This document shows positions 1 to 14,239 of a DNA stretch of 64,000 nucleotides, in pieces. Source of the DNA: Octopus sinensis (Eukaryota); contig NC_043012.1 of the NCBI RefSeq assembly GCF_006345805.1, positions 44,950,001-45,014,000 on the forward strand, given 5' to 3'. The stretch's first letter is position 1. Every line of letters starts with the position of its first letter. The notes beneath the pieces were generated by a model, which made no database searches, was not told where the DNA came from, and saw nothing but the letters and a program-made list of their open reading frames with translations. The translations under genes were made by a program, and so were the position numbers.

Positions 1-58
1 AAATGGATGCATACAAATTTTATAAATACGGAAAATCACTCTCCCATAATTGAAAAGA

Positions 59-110
59 ATCAGCTATCTACACTCTGGATCAGCTATCTACACTCTGGAT
101 CATCTCTCTA
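59..110. repeat. 20-bp tandem duplication (ATCAGCTATCTACACTCTGG x2 plus a degenerate third unit)
   Basis: Two exact copies at 59-78 and 79-98, then a diverged partial copy. Confidence 0.85.
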
Positions 111-1391
111 CTCACCAGTTACTCGTGTTATTCGAGCCTTGTATACCCAGACTTGTCGCTGAGCATATCAAAACTCACTCAGGCAAGACATTTCCGCTGT
201 AGGAAACTATAAAATCGTTCTTTTTAAATTTTAAATAATATCCTCTCACCTGCACGACTCTTGAAATCCAGACAGAAAAGATGATCATCATTATTTTTAC
301 ATTTCAGAACTTCCAGCTTTGATCATTCAGGTTCACATTGCTTATTCATGTGAGAGTGGAACTTGTGGTAGTCTATAAACGGTGCGGTTTTTTTTTAATC
401 TGCGCGGTTTTTGTTTTTGCTTAACAATTTCCCCCTCACACTCTTTTTCTTTTTTTTTACCTACTACGCATCTCCGAATCCCTCCTTGTTGCTCGTTGTT
501 GTGAGCCAATGTAGTAACACCACTGGCTGCGACGATGAAGGGGTTTCTTGTCGATATTTCGTTGTGAGAACGAAGCAAATTTTTCTACCAAAGTCTTCCC
601 CAGGCATTAGCTGTGAAAGTGGAATAAAGTAGTTCGAAAGTGTGTATAGAGTTCGTCTAGAATATACTTGCTCTTTGTCACACACACAAACTTACATACA
701 GGCACATACACACACGTACACACACACTCGTACTTACGCATACACAGAAACTAACACACATACATTATCACATATATATACGATAAGAAATAGTCACTCC
801 CTCACAAACACACACCGAAATAGATATATTATATAGGCATTTGGGAGGTCGCAATGACTCAGAGTTCAGTGCTTTAGAATTTAAGGTTGAAACTGAATTC
901 GTGTGGCAGCACCATTTCCTTCATCTAAACGGTAAGTGCAATCTCTCCCAACTATAAGTTAATGTTTTCCATTATGTATCGTTGTGCTGAAATGTTTTAT
1001 ACAATGCTCATAAATCAAGTACGATTAGAATAACTTCTGGCTTTCTTCATCTTTTCATTTAGGTTCTTTTATATTCTACATACAAAGTATCAGTGAAAAA
1101 AGAAAGAAAGAAATAGAGGTCCAAGCAAACAGAATAACTGTTTTGTTGCGAGAAAATAAATTTGATGTTCTTTTGAAACGACTGCACTCAGATAAATGTC
1201 ACTGAGAAATACTAGGATGAATGTTACTGGTTAGGGGTAACTTTCAGTTGAAATTTCAACCGACAAAATCAAAAGGAAGAGTGATTATTTTATTATTTTC
1301 GTGTATTCTTTATTTCTGAAGCAAATGAATTGAACATAAGGGAGGGGTGTGAATCGATCAAAACTCCAAAATTGATACTTAAATTTACTTC

Positions 1392-1394
<3 letters not shown>

Positions 1395-1438
<44 letters not shown>

Positions 1439-1453
1439 TCCCTCTTTCTCTCT
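1395..1453. repeat. (CT)n microsatellite
   Basis: Direct reading. Confidence 0.95.
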
Positions 1454-2449
1454 TCGCCACTCTCAACTCGTTTGTATCTTTGCTTGATTCTCATTGGCTG
1501 TTCTACTAATGTATTTCCCAACATTCATTTCACTCTCGACGCACGTACTGGTTTAAACGCTGTTTCTCTCCACCCTTATACGCACGCGCACATACGCCGT
1601 TTCCCTACGCTTACACACACAAATCACACACATACACACAAACATAGACACACGCACACACATCAGGAATTTTCTTTTATTTTTAATTCGCAGGGAGCTT
1701 GCTTTGAAATACTCCATTTTGCCGGCATCTTTCAATAGTGTATCTAAAAAAGAACTATTTGAACGTAGTTTGAGAAAGCAACAAACTACTTTATGAAGAG
1801 TTTCTTATGAAAAATACTTCATCATTTATCAACGTGAATAGAATACCTTTATTGAAAACAAATCTGAAAAGGTTCTAGAACCTTTTGCAATGTTAAAACA
1901 TATAATGTTTATGAGATAAATAAATATCAAACTAAAGAGGAAAGCCGTTATTGGATAAATGTAATTTATAATAATGACATTAGTGATTTCAGTTTTATTT
2001 TGTAAGGTTATCTATTCATTAGTTGTGATTTTATCAACGCATAACAAGAGAAGGGATGGTTTGATTAATATTATTATGGGAATTGGTTTCTGGTTTAGAA
2101 AAAAAGTGTCGATAGAATAAAATCAATGAATGATAGATCTTTATTTTTATCGTAGATATTCGTGACGGCGACGTGCCTTAGAAAATCGTTCATTGTTGAA
2201 TATGAAGTTTTTCTCAGAATAAGAAGAATACTTTATAATTAAGGGAGTTGAAGTCGTCGATTCAAGCCAGCAAAATAATCAAGCATCTGTAAATGTATTG
2301 CGCAGCGTTTTTATTAGTTAAAAGTGTCCATCGACAATGTTATTGTTTTGTAGGTTTGTCAACATCGCAACACCTTACTGTCGACCTTTCGAGCAAGAAA
2401 CTGAATTTTGTTATAATTTCATGAGCAAGATCAAGATCAAGAGCGAATG

Positions 2450-2451
<2 letters not shown>

Positions 2452-2489
<38 letters not shown>

Positions 2490-2940
2490 AGGAGAGAGAG
2501 AAAGAGAGAGAGAGAGAAGGAGAGAAAGAGAGAGAAATAGAGAAATAAAAGAACGACGGAGAAAGGCTAGCGAGTGGGAGAGAGAGAGAGCAGAGAGATA
2601 GAGGGAAGTGAAGAAAGGAAAGAGAGAAGAGGAGGGAGAAGGGGAGAGAGAAGGGGAGAGAGAAGGAAAGAGAAAGAAGGAGAGAGAGAAAGAGAAAGAG
2701 TGAAGTAAAAGAGCGACAAAGAAAGAGCTAGTATGAGAGACAACAGAGAGAGAGAGAGGGAGAGGGAGAGAAAGAGAGATAAGTGAAAGGAGAAGGAAAG
2801 AGAAGAGAGAGAGAGAGAAAAAGAGAAATAAAAGAGCGACAGAGAAAGAGATACTGGGGAGAGAGAACAGAAGGAGAGAAAGGGAGCGAAAGAGAAGGGA
2901 AGGGAGAAGGAGAGAAATACATAAACAGTGAAAAAGAGAA
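2452..2940. repeat. About 490-bp polypurine (GA/GAA/GGA) low-complexity tract
   Basis: Almost exclusively A/G on the + strand, starting as perfect (GA)n. Confidence 0.95.
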
Positions 2941-3646
2941 CGAGTGTGGAATGTTCAGCATATTAGTGTATTGGGATTTAATTTATCAATTTATCTCGTG
3001 TGTTTGAAATTTATCGAGATATACCACAATACATTAAGCTGTATTGTATGAGATTAAAAATCACACACTTTAACACATTACACTGTAATGCATGTTTTCA
3101 CATTTAGTATCGTAAACTACATCTGAAATACTAATTATATCACAATACATAATCGTGTTATCAAATATTGCAAACTATATTTGAAATATTAAATATGCCA
3201 AAACAACAACGGAATATATATAATTATATCACATATCAGAACCATGTCTTTCACACAAAATCTTTAGAAGAATCTCCAAGCTTATGAGCTCGTCTCTTGG
3301 ATGAATGTTTTTTGTCACATCACACCAGCGGAGATGCGTTACCTACACTAAGTTTCTAGATTTGCTTTCGTCTCCCACACTCTTCCTCTTAAATATCAGC
3401 AACTAACCTCCAATAACAGCTTTGCCACCAATCATGAATAGATGAAATGAAAATTCATTGATTTCTAACATCTTCCACCCTATCGCCATCTACAACGAAT
3501 CTACTCTGACACCACAAACAGGACCTCGAAAACATTTCCTCACGGTGTCATGTCAATCTTGTCTCTTTCAAGCTCACTAAGATAAAACAAAAAAAGCATT
3601 ATCGTAAATTCGTTACAGAACCCATCAAGTTCGCAAATGCTAAGAA

Positions 3647-3699
<53 letters not shown>

Positions 3700-3701
<2 letters not shown>

Positions 3702-4255
3702 TATGATATCTCCTGAAAATATCTCCTGATGATAATAGACACTCAACACAATCCGAAAAGCAACACAAAGATTAGGTTTCCTCATTAGATTCAGGAAATA
3801 CTACAGGCATCAACAACTATTAAGTCCCTACAAAGTTTAGGCGAGATCCTTGATGAATACAACTTCCTAACCTGGAGCGGTGCTGCATACACAGGATCTT
3901 AGAGCGTCTCTGAAGATGTCACCACCTGATTGTCATGGAGATCAGAACCATTCTAATTTCTGGCTTACAGACGTACTATCAATGCCATGCTTTCTCATTA
4001 CCTCTAACACAGAGCTGCCTTCTTGAAACTTGTTGCTCTTGTGCCACATTCACTATCACACTCTCGAATCAATTCCTATGTCCACTCCTTCTTACATAGA
4101 ACATTGATACTAAAAAATTTGTTACCCTGTACATGCTTTACTTGAAGTCGGCAACTTTCAACAGTTAACGAACAGTAACTGCATCAATCACTGGCCTCGG
4201 AGGTTGAGGGTTCATCCTCCTTCTCGAGATCAATCCAACACAAAAATAAATAAGT
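3700..4255 (+). mobile_element. Decayed 3' end of a CR1/L2/Jockey-group LINE
   Basis: Frame-broken translation resembles RT C-terminal motifs (KATQRLGFLIRFRKYY..., SRINSYVHSFLHRT) and ends in an AAATAAATAA tail. Confidence 0.5.
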
Positions 4256-6009
4256 GGAAGTGAAATAAAAAGACCTACCACATTAAATATTACAAACTGT
4301 GTTGACACTATTTCGATCGTTTAAACAGTTCGAACTCACTGGATAAATTATAGTATTTGATCTTTATTTCAAAAGATTATTTCACTGATCCCAGTAATGC
4401 TGGTAGAGCTTCGAAAAGAATTGCTCGTAGAGTCTATGGATTTGATAAATTATGTACTGGGGCTGATTTTAGCGATAAACCAAATGGCAAATTAAATTAT
4501 CTGAAGTGAAACATAACCAGCGCACATGCTCTCATTGGCAGTATGACCTTCCGAACCTAAAAATATAGTTTTGTTTGTAACAGTGTAGTGTTATAGGACT
4601 TATTTCGTAATCTGTGAAATATCCGCATCTTTGAATGAGACTCGATGATTACTTCTTGGGTATACAAAGTTTGTTCGCTTACAATGATTTTAGAATTTTG
4701 CATTACTAGTTGATGTTCTAAAAAAATACTATGGACGTCTCTACGTAGTCGCTTGAACTACTAGAAATAGCAACCAAATATTTCGCCAATCAAGCTCTTA
4801 AAAACTATGGAGATGGTCTTGGGTGGATCATCTTTGATGATAGAGCTGTCCAGCCAGAGTTAACTGAAGGCTAAATAACACCAGTGTGAACAGCAATGGC
4901 AAAAGTAACAGCAACAACAGCAGCAGCAGCAGCAGCAGCAGAAACACAAGCTCACGTCCCTCACAAAACAGCTAGAATATGCATTGAAACTTACTTGTTT
5001 CAGAAAGACGGAATCACATGGAATTAGTTACTATAGATCCAAAGAATAGATTTTAAAGCCCCATCTTGTTATTGTTTCTTAATTTTTCTTTGTTTTATCT
5101 TCATGAACGCTGGCGCGTATAGGATTTATACAACATTCACATACACCTACACGCATACACACAGACACACACACATAGATATATACATAATACATACATA
5201 CATACATACATACATACGTACGTACATACATACATACATACATACATACATACATGCATACATATAAAAACTAATAAGAGTATATTAAGCATCTTGATTT
5301 ATTGAAATTATCGTCGCTCCTAGCGACAGAACCGGTAATTTACAATGAATCTAGATAATCCGTAGCATTAGAAAGAAGCAGATAAGTGAGAGGGGCGATA
5401 ACACGCTATTAGCAATGTAGGCTGAATCCTTTGGACTCTCGGTTATGTTCTTGGTGGATAATTTGCTTTAAAACTTGTTGGATTGTTTTGGCTGATTTTT
5501 GCTATAACATTCTTGGTAGACAATATAATTTGATGCGGGTGCATGATGCACGAGAGATATTATACTCACTCATATACACTCATATGTGCACATCAAATGC
5601 ACGCGCAAACACGCTCTCTCTCTCTCTCCCACGCATAAGCGCGCGCATAGTCACATGATTAAATCAACACACACATACATGCATATTACTACATATGTCG
5701 TTCTAGGTATGTTTGTGTGTGTGTGTGTGTGCGTGTATACGTGTGCATGCGTATAACTACCTCTCTGTCTCTCTTTTCTCTTCTGTAATATCAAATTTTC
5801 CCTTCCTTGCTTCACCTCAACTATCTATACCGCTGATTACTAACTAAATATAAACGCTTCATCCACCTGTAAAATTTGTATTATTTAGTTGTCTGTCTGA
5901 AGAATTTCTAACAGGAAATTCCTTACATGTTTACCTAATATGTAAAACTGTAATTCCTATTTGCAAATGAAACATGTGTAACGGTGAATATACACATACA
6001 TTTATTGTG

Positions 6010-6075
6010 TATACTATCGCACAGATACTCTCTGGACCGACCAAAGCCTTGTGAGTGGATTTGGTAGACAAACTG

Positions 6076-6116
<41 letters not shown>

Positions 6117-6347
6117 CGTACACACACACTCCCACATATATATATGTATATATTTATGTGTGTATCCTTGTTTCTGTGTTCCCCCTCCATTGCTTGACAA
6201 CGGATGTTGCTGTGTTTATGTCTCCGTGACTTAGCCGTACAGCAGAAGAGGCCGATAGAATAAGTAGTAGACTTACAGAGAATAAGTACTGTGGCCGATT
6301 TCTTCGACCAAAAACCCTTTAAGGCGGTGTTCGTGCATAGCTGCAGT

Positions 6348-6352
<5 letters not shown>
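6010..6352 (+). mobile_element. SINE family A (tRNA head, CORE-like body, central microsatellite), partial copy
   Basis: Contains GGACCGACCAAAGCCTTGTGAGTGGATTTGGTAGAC, a TA/TG spacer, the GATAGAATAAGTA block and a tail; matches the full copy at 43369. Confidence 0.85.
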
Positions 6353-6389
<37 letters not shown>

Positions 6390-6475
6390 TATATATATAT
6401 ATAATATATATATATATAATATATAATATATATATATTATATATATATATATAATATATATATATATAATATATA

Positions 6476-6554
<79 letters not shown>

Positions 6555-6760
6555 TTCAGCAAAAATTTAGATTCAAATGATATGGTACTTAATTTAGATG
6601 CACCAGAATTTTGTATGGTGTTATCCATAAAAATCCGTGGGGTGATTATAATCAGAGTAAGCAACAAGAATGACTCCGGTAATTTGGTACGATCGTTTCG
6701 TACTACATGAGTGTATATATATATATATATATAGATATATATATATAGTGTATACATACG
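6352..6760. repeat. (TA)n arrays
   Basis: Direct reading; two arrays separated by about 160 bp of unique sequence. Confidence 0.9.
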
Positions 6761-7304
6761 TATACGAAAACCCTATACGCCATGAAATAAACTATTTTAT
6801 ACAGTAGATTATTGTTACTTACGCCTTCTCTATTCCATATTGTATGCCTAAATTTCCTTTAGATGTATCACACATTTGGATGTAATACTTTCCTTTAAAA
6901 TTTGTAATTTTGGAGAAAACGATTACATAAGCCACACATTATTTTTTGAAGTGATAAGTCGCAAAACAATTAAAAAGGGAAATGAAAGGATACATCGCGA
7001 AAGAGTAAACAAACGATAAGTAAAGCATTAAAAAGAAAGTTCTATCAAGGCTTTGCCCCAAAATTATATGAGAAACTTAATGTGTTTTTATCTTTTGGAA
7101 TAGTTTATCTATTGAAGAGTTTCTTTGTGCTGCGAAGCCTTTCTCTGATGAAGTAGAGGAAGTTGTCACATCATGGAAACAGTGCAAGCAACTAATCTTC
7201 TAACTCTCACATGCAAACAAAAACACAAGAATATATATCAAAGACATCAGTTTGGTTGTGTATTTGCATACATATACATCTAAATACATATTGTTGCATA
7301 TACA

Positions 7305-7321
7305 TACATACACACATACAT

Positions 7322-7366
<45 letters not shown>

Positions 7367-7367
7367 T

Positions 7368-7425
<58 letters not shown>

Positions 7426-7507
7426 CATATATACACACATACATACACACATACATACACACACACACATATATAATATATATATATATATATTATATAT
7501 ATATATA

Positions 7508-7544
<37 letters not shown>

Positions 7545-7562
7545 TTATATATATATATATGT
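7305..7562. repeat. Compound (TA)n/(CATA)n/(CA)n microsatellite
   Basis: Direct reading. Confidence 0.9.
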
Positions 7563-7639
7563 AACAATATGCATTTAGATGTATACGTGTATATTTTTTT
7601 ATATATAAATCCCACACATCAAAGGAGGCTCTCAATAAT

Positions 7640-7705
7640 AACAGTGTAGTAAAACGGTGGTGCTCCAGCATGGTTACAGCTTCGACCTGAAACAGATAAA
7701 ATTAT
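7640..7705 (+). mobile_element. Very short 3' tail fragment of the CR1-group LINE
   Basis: GGTGGTGCTCCAGCATGGTTACAGCTTCGACCTGAAACAGATAAA resembles the LINE tail at 22004-22050. Confidence 0.6.
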
Positions 7706-8849
7706 ATGTATATATATTTATATATATATTATAATAATTGGTAAAAATCATGTATATATATATATATATATATATATTGCTGTGCGAAGTCGTTGCTCGT
7801 ATATGTACGTGTAGATACTCGTCACTTTATACTATGGAATATCGTTGCTGATGAGAGCAGTAGGTATGATTTTTTTTTTTTACTTTAAGCTTGAAACAGG
7901 ATCTTGTACACGGTTAACCAAAAGTTTAAATCATTATCTTTCTTGTGCCCTACTACAGCCCGGTATTTTATTTTTCGGAGATTTTAAAGGTGGTAATAGC
8001 GTCTTTTGGCGTCTATTTTTCTAGCGCGCGGAGAGGCTTATAGCCAATCCCTTGATATATATATATATTGTTGGCATCCTTTTTGTCTCGGGAGACAATG
8101 GAGTTGCGAAATATATATATTTATAAATGTATAATTATCTATTCATTGTTACATTTATTTCCCTACCAACTCTACTTTCCACGCCAGGTCACACAAATGT
8201 TTGAAGTGAAAATTGACGCATTTGCAGTTTTAAAAGTTAGAGTGGCACTTCTTCAGACCTGCACCAAAGGTACGCTCTTACATTGTGACGCACAATTCCA
8301 CTGGCCATATAGTATGAGAATGAGTGTGTGTGATTGATATTCGCGCATCTCTTTACAGTAGTTTGTGGTAGTCTATTATGAGTGTTTAGCGTGTAACACT
8401 GCCTAGCACACAACCGACAGAAACTCAAGTGATTGTCAAGCAGTCTTGTCATGTTGATAGGGTTATCCCGTACACCGGGGAAAAGGAGATACCACAACTT
8501 TCATACTTTCAGATGCACGGAAGTTGTAATATAGGATAGAGAGTAGAGACGGCTTCTGTTTCCCACATAACTGCGTCTCTTGTTATGCGACGTGACAAAG
8601 AGCTACGTAGTTAGTCATGGTTTTCATTGATTGTTGAAATATTTGGAACCTCAGTCAGCGGTCCTTTCATTGTCGCAGTAATGGGTTTATCATGTATTAA
8701 CGACGATGAAATATCGCCGGTTTCGTAGTTCCAGGCACATGGAGAGTCATACCAGTTATGATTCTCTGTATCCATGCATGGCTACTTCCTCTGCTGAGGT
8801 GCTCTATGCCTCAAGTGTATGTGTATGCGTTTAAATGGATATATATCTT

Positions 8850-9258
8850 TTATCTGTTTCAGAATCCGGCCATACTGGAGCACCATCTTGGAGAACTGTT
8901 AGTTGAATGAATTGACCCCAGTATTTATTTCTTTTAAAGCCTGCTACTTATTCTGTTGGTCTACTTTGCGGAGCCGTTAAGTTACAGGAACGTAAACAAC
9001 CGAACACTGGTTGTTAAGCGATGGTGGTGGACACACACACACACACGCTCACACACACATGCGCGCGCACATACACACACACACACAAACACACGCACAC
9101 GACAGGCTTCTTTCAGTTTCTGTCTACTAAATCCACTCACAAGGCTTTGGTCGGCTTGGGGCTGCGGCAGAAGGCACTTGCCCAATGTACCATGCAGTGG
9201 GGCTGAACCCAGAACAATGTGGTTGGGAAGCAAGCTTTTTACCAATCACCCACGCCTT
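8850..9258 (-). mobile_element. SINE family A, near full length
   Basis: Reverse-complement match to the 43369 copy, with head, central (CA)n and tail. Confidence 0.9.
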
Positions 9259-9593
9259 CATTGATAAATAGACAGACAGATGCATAACTGCAAATATTCC
9301 GACATAAGCATATGTGTATGTATAAACTGTATGAATAAGTGGCAACTCAAGTTGTCAGGGGTTTTCAGGCAAAGAAAGTTGCTTGCTAAAGAGAACAGTA
9401 AAAATGGAAAAAAATTTTCTCAAGGTTAATGACTAACTCCTTACCTTTGTTATTATCTAAAACACCTGAATCCTTTTACGAATTAAAATAATTAAAAAAT
9501 AATCGATACATCTCGGTAGGTTAGTTGGGATATGTGTATGTGTATGCCAACAAACCTACCTGCTTTCTTAGTCTCCATGTATACCTATATACA

Positions 9594-9624
<31 letters not shown>

Positions 9625-9724
9625 TTTTTCATCGAGGTACTGAAATCGATATTTCCGTTTTAAGGTAGAAAGGTATAAAAATGATCATTTTAGAAATCGA
9701 TACATATATGCACGTTACACACAA

Positions 9725-9736
9725 TCAGGCGCAACA

Positions 9737-9775
<39 letters not shown>

Positions 9776-9953
9776 CACTCACACACACACACACACTTCC
9801 ATATATCTAAATGTGTATATATGTATATATATATATGTATGTGTGTGTGCGTGGGGGGAGGTAGCTTGGGGTGTTTGTGTGTATATAATATATATATACA
9901 TACATACACATGCACCCACACATATCCACATACATGCGTGTACACGCTCTTAT

Positions 9954-10025
<72 letters not shown>
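9725..10025. repeat. Compound (CA)n/(TG)n/(TA)n microsatellite
   Basis: Direct reading. Confidence 0.9.
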
Positions 10026-10026
<1 letters not shown>

Positions 10027-10238
10027 ACGTTAATGTAAGTCAATGAGCGCAAATAAAGTAACGTTTTATTTTTAGAACCAATATGGTCGACCGGGTTCAG
10101 ATGTACTTGTCTTTATGAAGAAGATCAATAAATCCTACCATATTGTTTTACAATTTCTGTTGTTACATGCACATTGCTTTCTTCATTTTTATGCATGAAT
10201 AACAATAATTGAATGCAAGTATTCATTGGAAAGTGTAT

Positions 10239-10277
<39 letters not shown>

Positions 10278-11235
10278 CACACACACACATATATATATGT
10301 ATGTGTGTGTATGAATGTATGTTTGTGTATATATATATATATATATATATACATACAAACACACACATAGGTATATCATTATATGCTGAAGTATATAGCC
10401 ATAGTTTCTCTATAAAAGTTGATTGGATCCAGCTATTTTCGTACGTTGAGGCGTTTTATATATTGGCTATAAAAGTAAACCAATCGAGTTAATGTGGTTA
10501 CTGAATTTATGAGTTTTAAAAGCATCTGGCCATTACAGCCTCTGGTTACGAAAAGCCTAAGTTACGCTATATGAAAGTTGCCCACCATAAGTTTAGATTT
10601 CAAGGTTATTTAATGGTTATAGCATCCTCATTATTTCATCCGCTGATAGTAAGTAGTATTACTATCAATAGAACAAATTGTGTTGCACTTGCCATCAGAA
10701 AAGAAAATATTGCTCTCGTTAGTATCTATTTAGAGATAAGCTCTTTTTAACTTAAATTAAGAGCCGTGGTTATAGCGAAGGCATTTACAAACTACGCGTT
10801 ACTGTAACTCTTTCCATATCCTCGCTGTTTCGAGTTCGGTTTGGGATTTCTTTCATAGTCGGGCCAGAATATAATTTATTCTTAACGGAATTATCGATAA
10901 TCGCATTCTGGCTCAATTCAGTCGTCTAAAACCATTGGCTATATTGTTAATTATCAATAATTACTGGAGTATTGCATATTGTTCAATATGTATATTCCTG
11001 TATTTAACATGATTTTGGCAACTAGCTTACCGAGAAATAGACTAAATTATTTACATGTTACGAAGAATCCAATAAATTTTCGGAAATATAGATTGGAGTG
11101 GGGAATTAGAGGAATACAGGATTAAATATACAGCTGAAGTTGGCTTCGTCTTCCCCCCGACCCGGCTCAAAGTTACCAATGAACCTTTTATTGCCGGAAG
11201 TCGATAATATAAATAGTAGTACTACAGTATGGTGT

Positions 11236-11537
11236 GGAGGCGCAATGGCCCAGTGGTTAGGGCAGCGGACTCGCGGTTGTAGGATCATGGTTTCGATTCC
11301 CAGACCGGGCGTTGTGAGTATTTATTGAGCGAAAACAGCTAAAGCTCCACGCTGCTCCGGCAGGGTGGTGGTGGCGATCCCTGCTGTACTCTTTCGTCAC
11401 ACCTTTCTCTCACTGTTTCTTGTGTTGGCCTGCTCGCTTAGTCAGCGGGGTGGCGTCATTTGAAGGCTGAAACAATGCGAAGCGCATGGTGACCAGCGAC
11501 GTATAACAACATCTGGTAGCCTGGTCGTTTACGGTAA
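11236..11537 (+). mobile_element. tRNA-derived SINE, family C (distinct body)
   Basis: A box TGGCCCAGTGG and B box GGTTTCGATTCCC in a tRNA-like head, followed by a GC-richer unique body. Could correspond to one of the described octopus OK/OR SINEs (not verified). Confidence 0.8.
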
Positions 11538-12254
11538 GGTGCGTTCACCTCCTTTTATACTTCCCTTTGAAATAAAAATCCCCCGAAATTCTAATTTGTA
11601 AAGACAGTGAAAACAGGAGAGACAGTATAGCATATTTTGATGAGACAAATCTGAATTCAATTTTTGCCTGAACCGACGTTACTTTAAGTCTATCTGATTT
11701 CGAAAACATCGGTGACGCATAATTATGTCCCAAGCATGACCTATTTCTTATTGCAGTCATTTACATATAATACACTTATAGTGTTTCTCTACCATATCTC
11801 GTTTGATGACTATATAACTCCCATTTCGATTTGCATTTTTTATGTCAAATGAAATATGAAATTCATCCCTGTGGATCCGCGGAGGTAATGAGCAGTAAAT
11901 GTTCACAGTTTTGAGCATAAAGGATAACAATATTCGGGTAGGCATGATGGAACTATATGTATTCAAACACTTTGTGTATGTCTCCCAACGTGATCTCTGC
12001 TGGTTAACAAAGCATATATAACCACAGAGAGTGCAACTGATATATTATTGTGTGGGACCTGAAGAACTTGAAGCTTTCTAGATTTGCGTTTCATTTTTTG
12101 ATGTGTAAATTATTTTTTCTCAACTTGCAAGCAATGCTTTCTCGTTGCAGACCTACTTTGCTTTTGTCAATATCAAGATGTTCCAGAATATCAGTATAAA
12201 TACTCAGACATAACGTTTACTTTTGTGACGTTATATATATATGTATATGTGTTC

Positions 12255-12646
12255 TTTTATTTTGTTTCTGTCATTTTGACCGTGGCTATGCTGGAGCACT
12301 GCCCTTAGTCGAACAACTCGACTCTAGAACTTATTATTTGTAAGCCAAGTACATATTCTATCGGTCTCTCTTGCCGAACTGCTAGGTTACGGCTACGTAT
12401 ACACACCAACATCGGTTGTCAAGTGATGGTGGGGGACAAAAACAGACGCACAAATACACACACACACACATGTATACATATATAAGACGGGCTTCTTTCA
12501 GTTTCTGTCTACCAGATCCACTTACAAGGATTCGGTCGGCCCGAGACTATAGTAGAAGCCACTTGCCCAAGTTGTCACGCTGTGGGACTGAACCCCAAAC
12601 CATGAGGTTGGTAAGCAAGTTTCTTATCACATATCCACTTCTGCGC
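12255..12646 (-). mobile_element. SINE family A, full length
   Basis: Reverse-complement match to the 43369 copy. Confidence 0.9.
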
Positions 12647-13167
12647 GTGCGCATACAAACACACACACACATACACGCCTATCACGTGACCATTTGTCCT
12701 TGACCTTAACAAACATCTGACAATTATCCTTTCACTTTCAGTGGCTCTGACAATGATTGACTTAAATAGGTCATCTCTTGTTCACTTCTCTGATTCACCA
12801 TTAGTATCTACTTTCAGTTCACTTAAAACTAGTGAAATTTCGTTACACTTTTAAAAATCATTTTGTTTCACTATTGCATTTTATCTCACTTTTTTCTTTT
12901 AATCATGATCGTTCTTATCCTCTTGTCCTTCTCACCAATTACCAATACTGAATGAAACGAGTGCGAAATATACAAGCGGGCGCAAACACACGTACACGAC
13001 ACGAGCACGCACACACACACACACACCACACACACACACACATACACACACACACACACACACACGTGTACAGGGTTGTTTATGTGCATGTATCCTTCAA
13101 CATTTATGTACATGTGTAGGTACATGCTAGTTTATAAATTATGTGTTCTATATATCTGCAGTACAGT

Positions 13168-13890
13168 CAGGGGCGGATCGTAGATAAAATTAATGGGGGC
13201 GCTGCTTCAGAAAATGTTTAGCCGTTGTTTTTAATATTGTGTAAAAAGAAACAAACATATAAAAAGAAAATTTATACTTAAACTTGATGGGTTCGCGTTT
13301 TAACCACTGCCAGGTAGTGCGTTCAATTTGTTCGCTGAACATTGCCGCGAATTCCCCCTTGTTTTTCAAAAATCCCTCCTAAATCACAAAATAAAGGGGG
13401 AAAATCTGCCCTATTTTTCAAATCCTGGCAGCAACACTGTAGCTTGAAGCAGATAATAATCTAATTCTACACTTTATTCACATTCAAGAATATAAACACG
13501 TTTTTAAGCACAACACACGTGGAGTCAAAAAGAAACACAACCTTTCACCAGTACACAATGGTTGGCACTGCTTGAACGACAGTGCTTTCTCTCTCTCTCT
13601 CTCTCTAGCGTGCAGCTTCCTATCTTGGACATGTGAGCATGCGCACAATAGTCAAGCACCGTGTCGTTTGGAACTGAGAAGCGCACAAGTCTATAAAGGA
13701 TTTTTGTATTTTTTCCATAAACTGGGGGATGACTACTGACATTAAGCTTAAGGATTATATAATGTACAAGTATAAAGAAAAAATTAAAGAAAAAAGGACT
13801 CATTATATTGAGTGTTATCGATAATATCGTGTAGAAATGGGGATGGGGGGTGGCTGCAATTCTGCAGTGTCTATACACGAGCCGCCACTG
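13168..13890. mobile_element. Non-autonomous hAT-type DNA transposon (MITE)
   Basis: TIRs CAGGGGCGGATCGT and CAGTGGCGGCTCGT (12/14), flanked by an 8-bp TSD AGTACAGT (13160-13167) / AGTACAAT (13891-13898). An 8-bp TSD is typical of hAT. Confidence 0.85.
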
Positions 13891-14239
13891 AGTACAATGT
13901 ATCTATTATTTCTATGTATATTCAGTAAAATATATGCATTATTTCAAACATGGTTAACACCTAAGATTACATAAATAATATACACCCAAAAAACTTTAAA
14001 ATAATTAAAATTGAGATTTATTGCATTTGGGAGAATGTTTCATGATGACTTTCAATATGTGGCATCACCAAAGCTGCATCTTTCTGTCTACGATCTTCAT
14101 TACGGGACCGGATAATCTTACAGACCTGACCCACTTAAAATCTCAAAATTCACACGGAGCATTGGCTTCTTATTTCTTACCCTTTCTACAGTAGTGTTTT
14201 AGTTTGCCAGGTGTCTCCGACTATAACCTAGAGCTGATC

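Noticed and set aside
5313-5340. GTCGCT-CCT-AGCGAC hairpin followed by AGAACCGGTA
   Set aside because: It resembles stem II/III of the variant hammerheads, but neither the core nor GAAA is intact.
8237-8497. Minus-strand ORF with FCRLCARQC
   Set aside because: Possibly a decayed L1/Tx1 zinc-knuckle region, but motif spacing is not convincing.
11236-11305. tRNA-like sequences here and at 37245-37303 and 43369-43435
   Set aside because: They lack an acceptor stem and run into repeat bodies; these are SINE heads, not tRNA genes.
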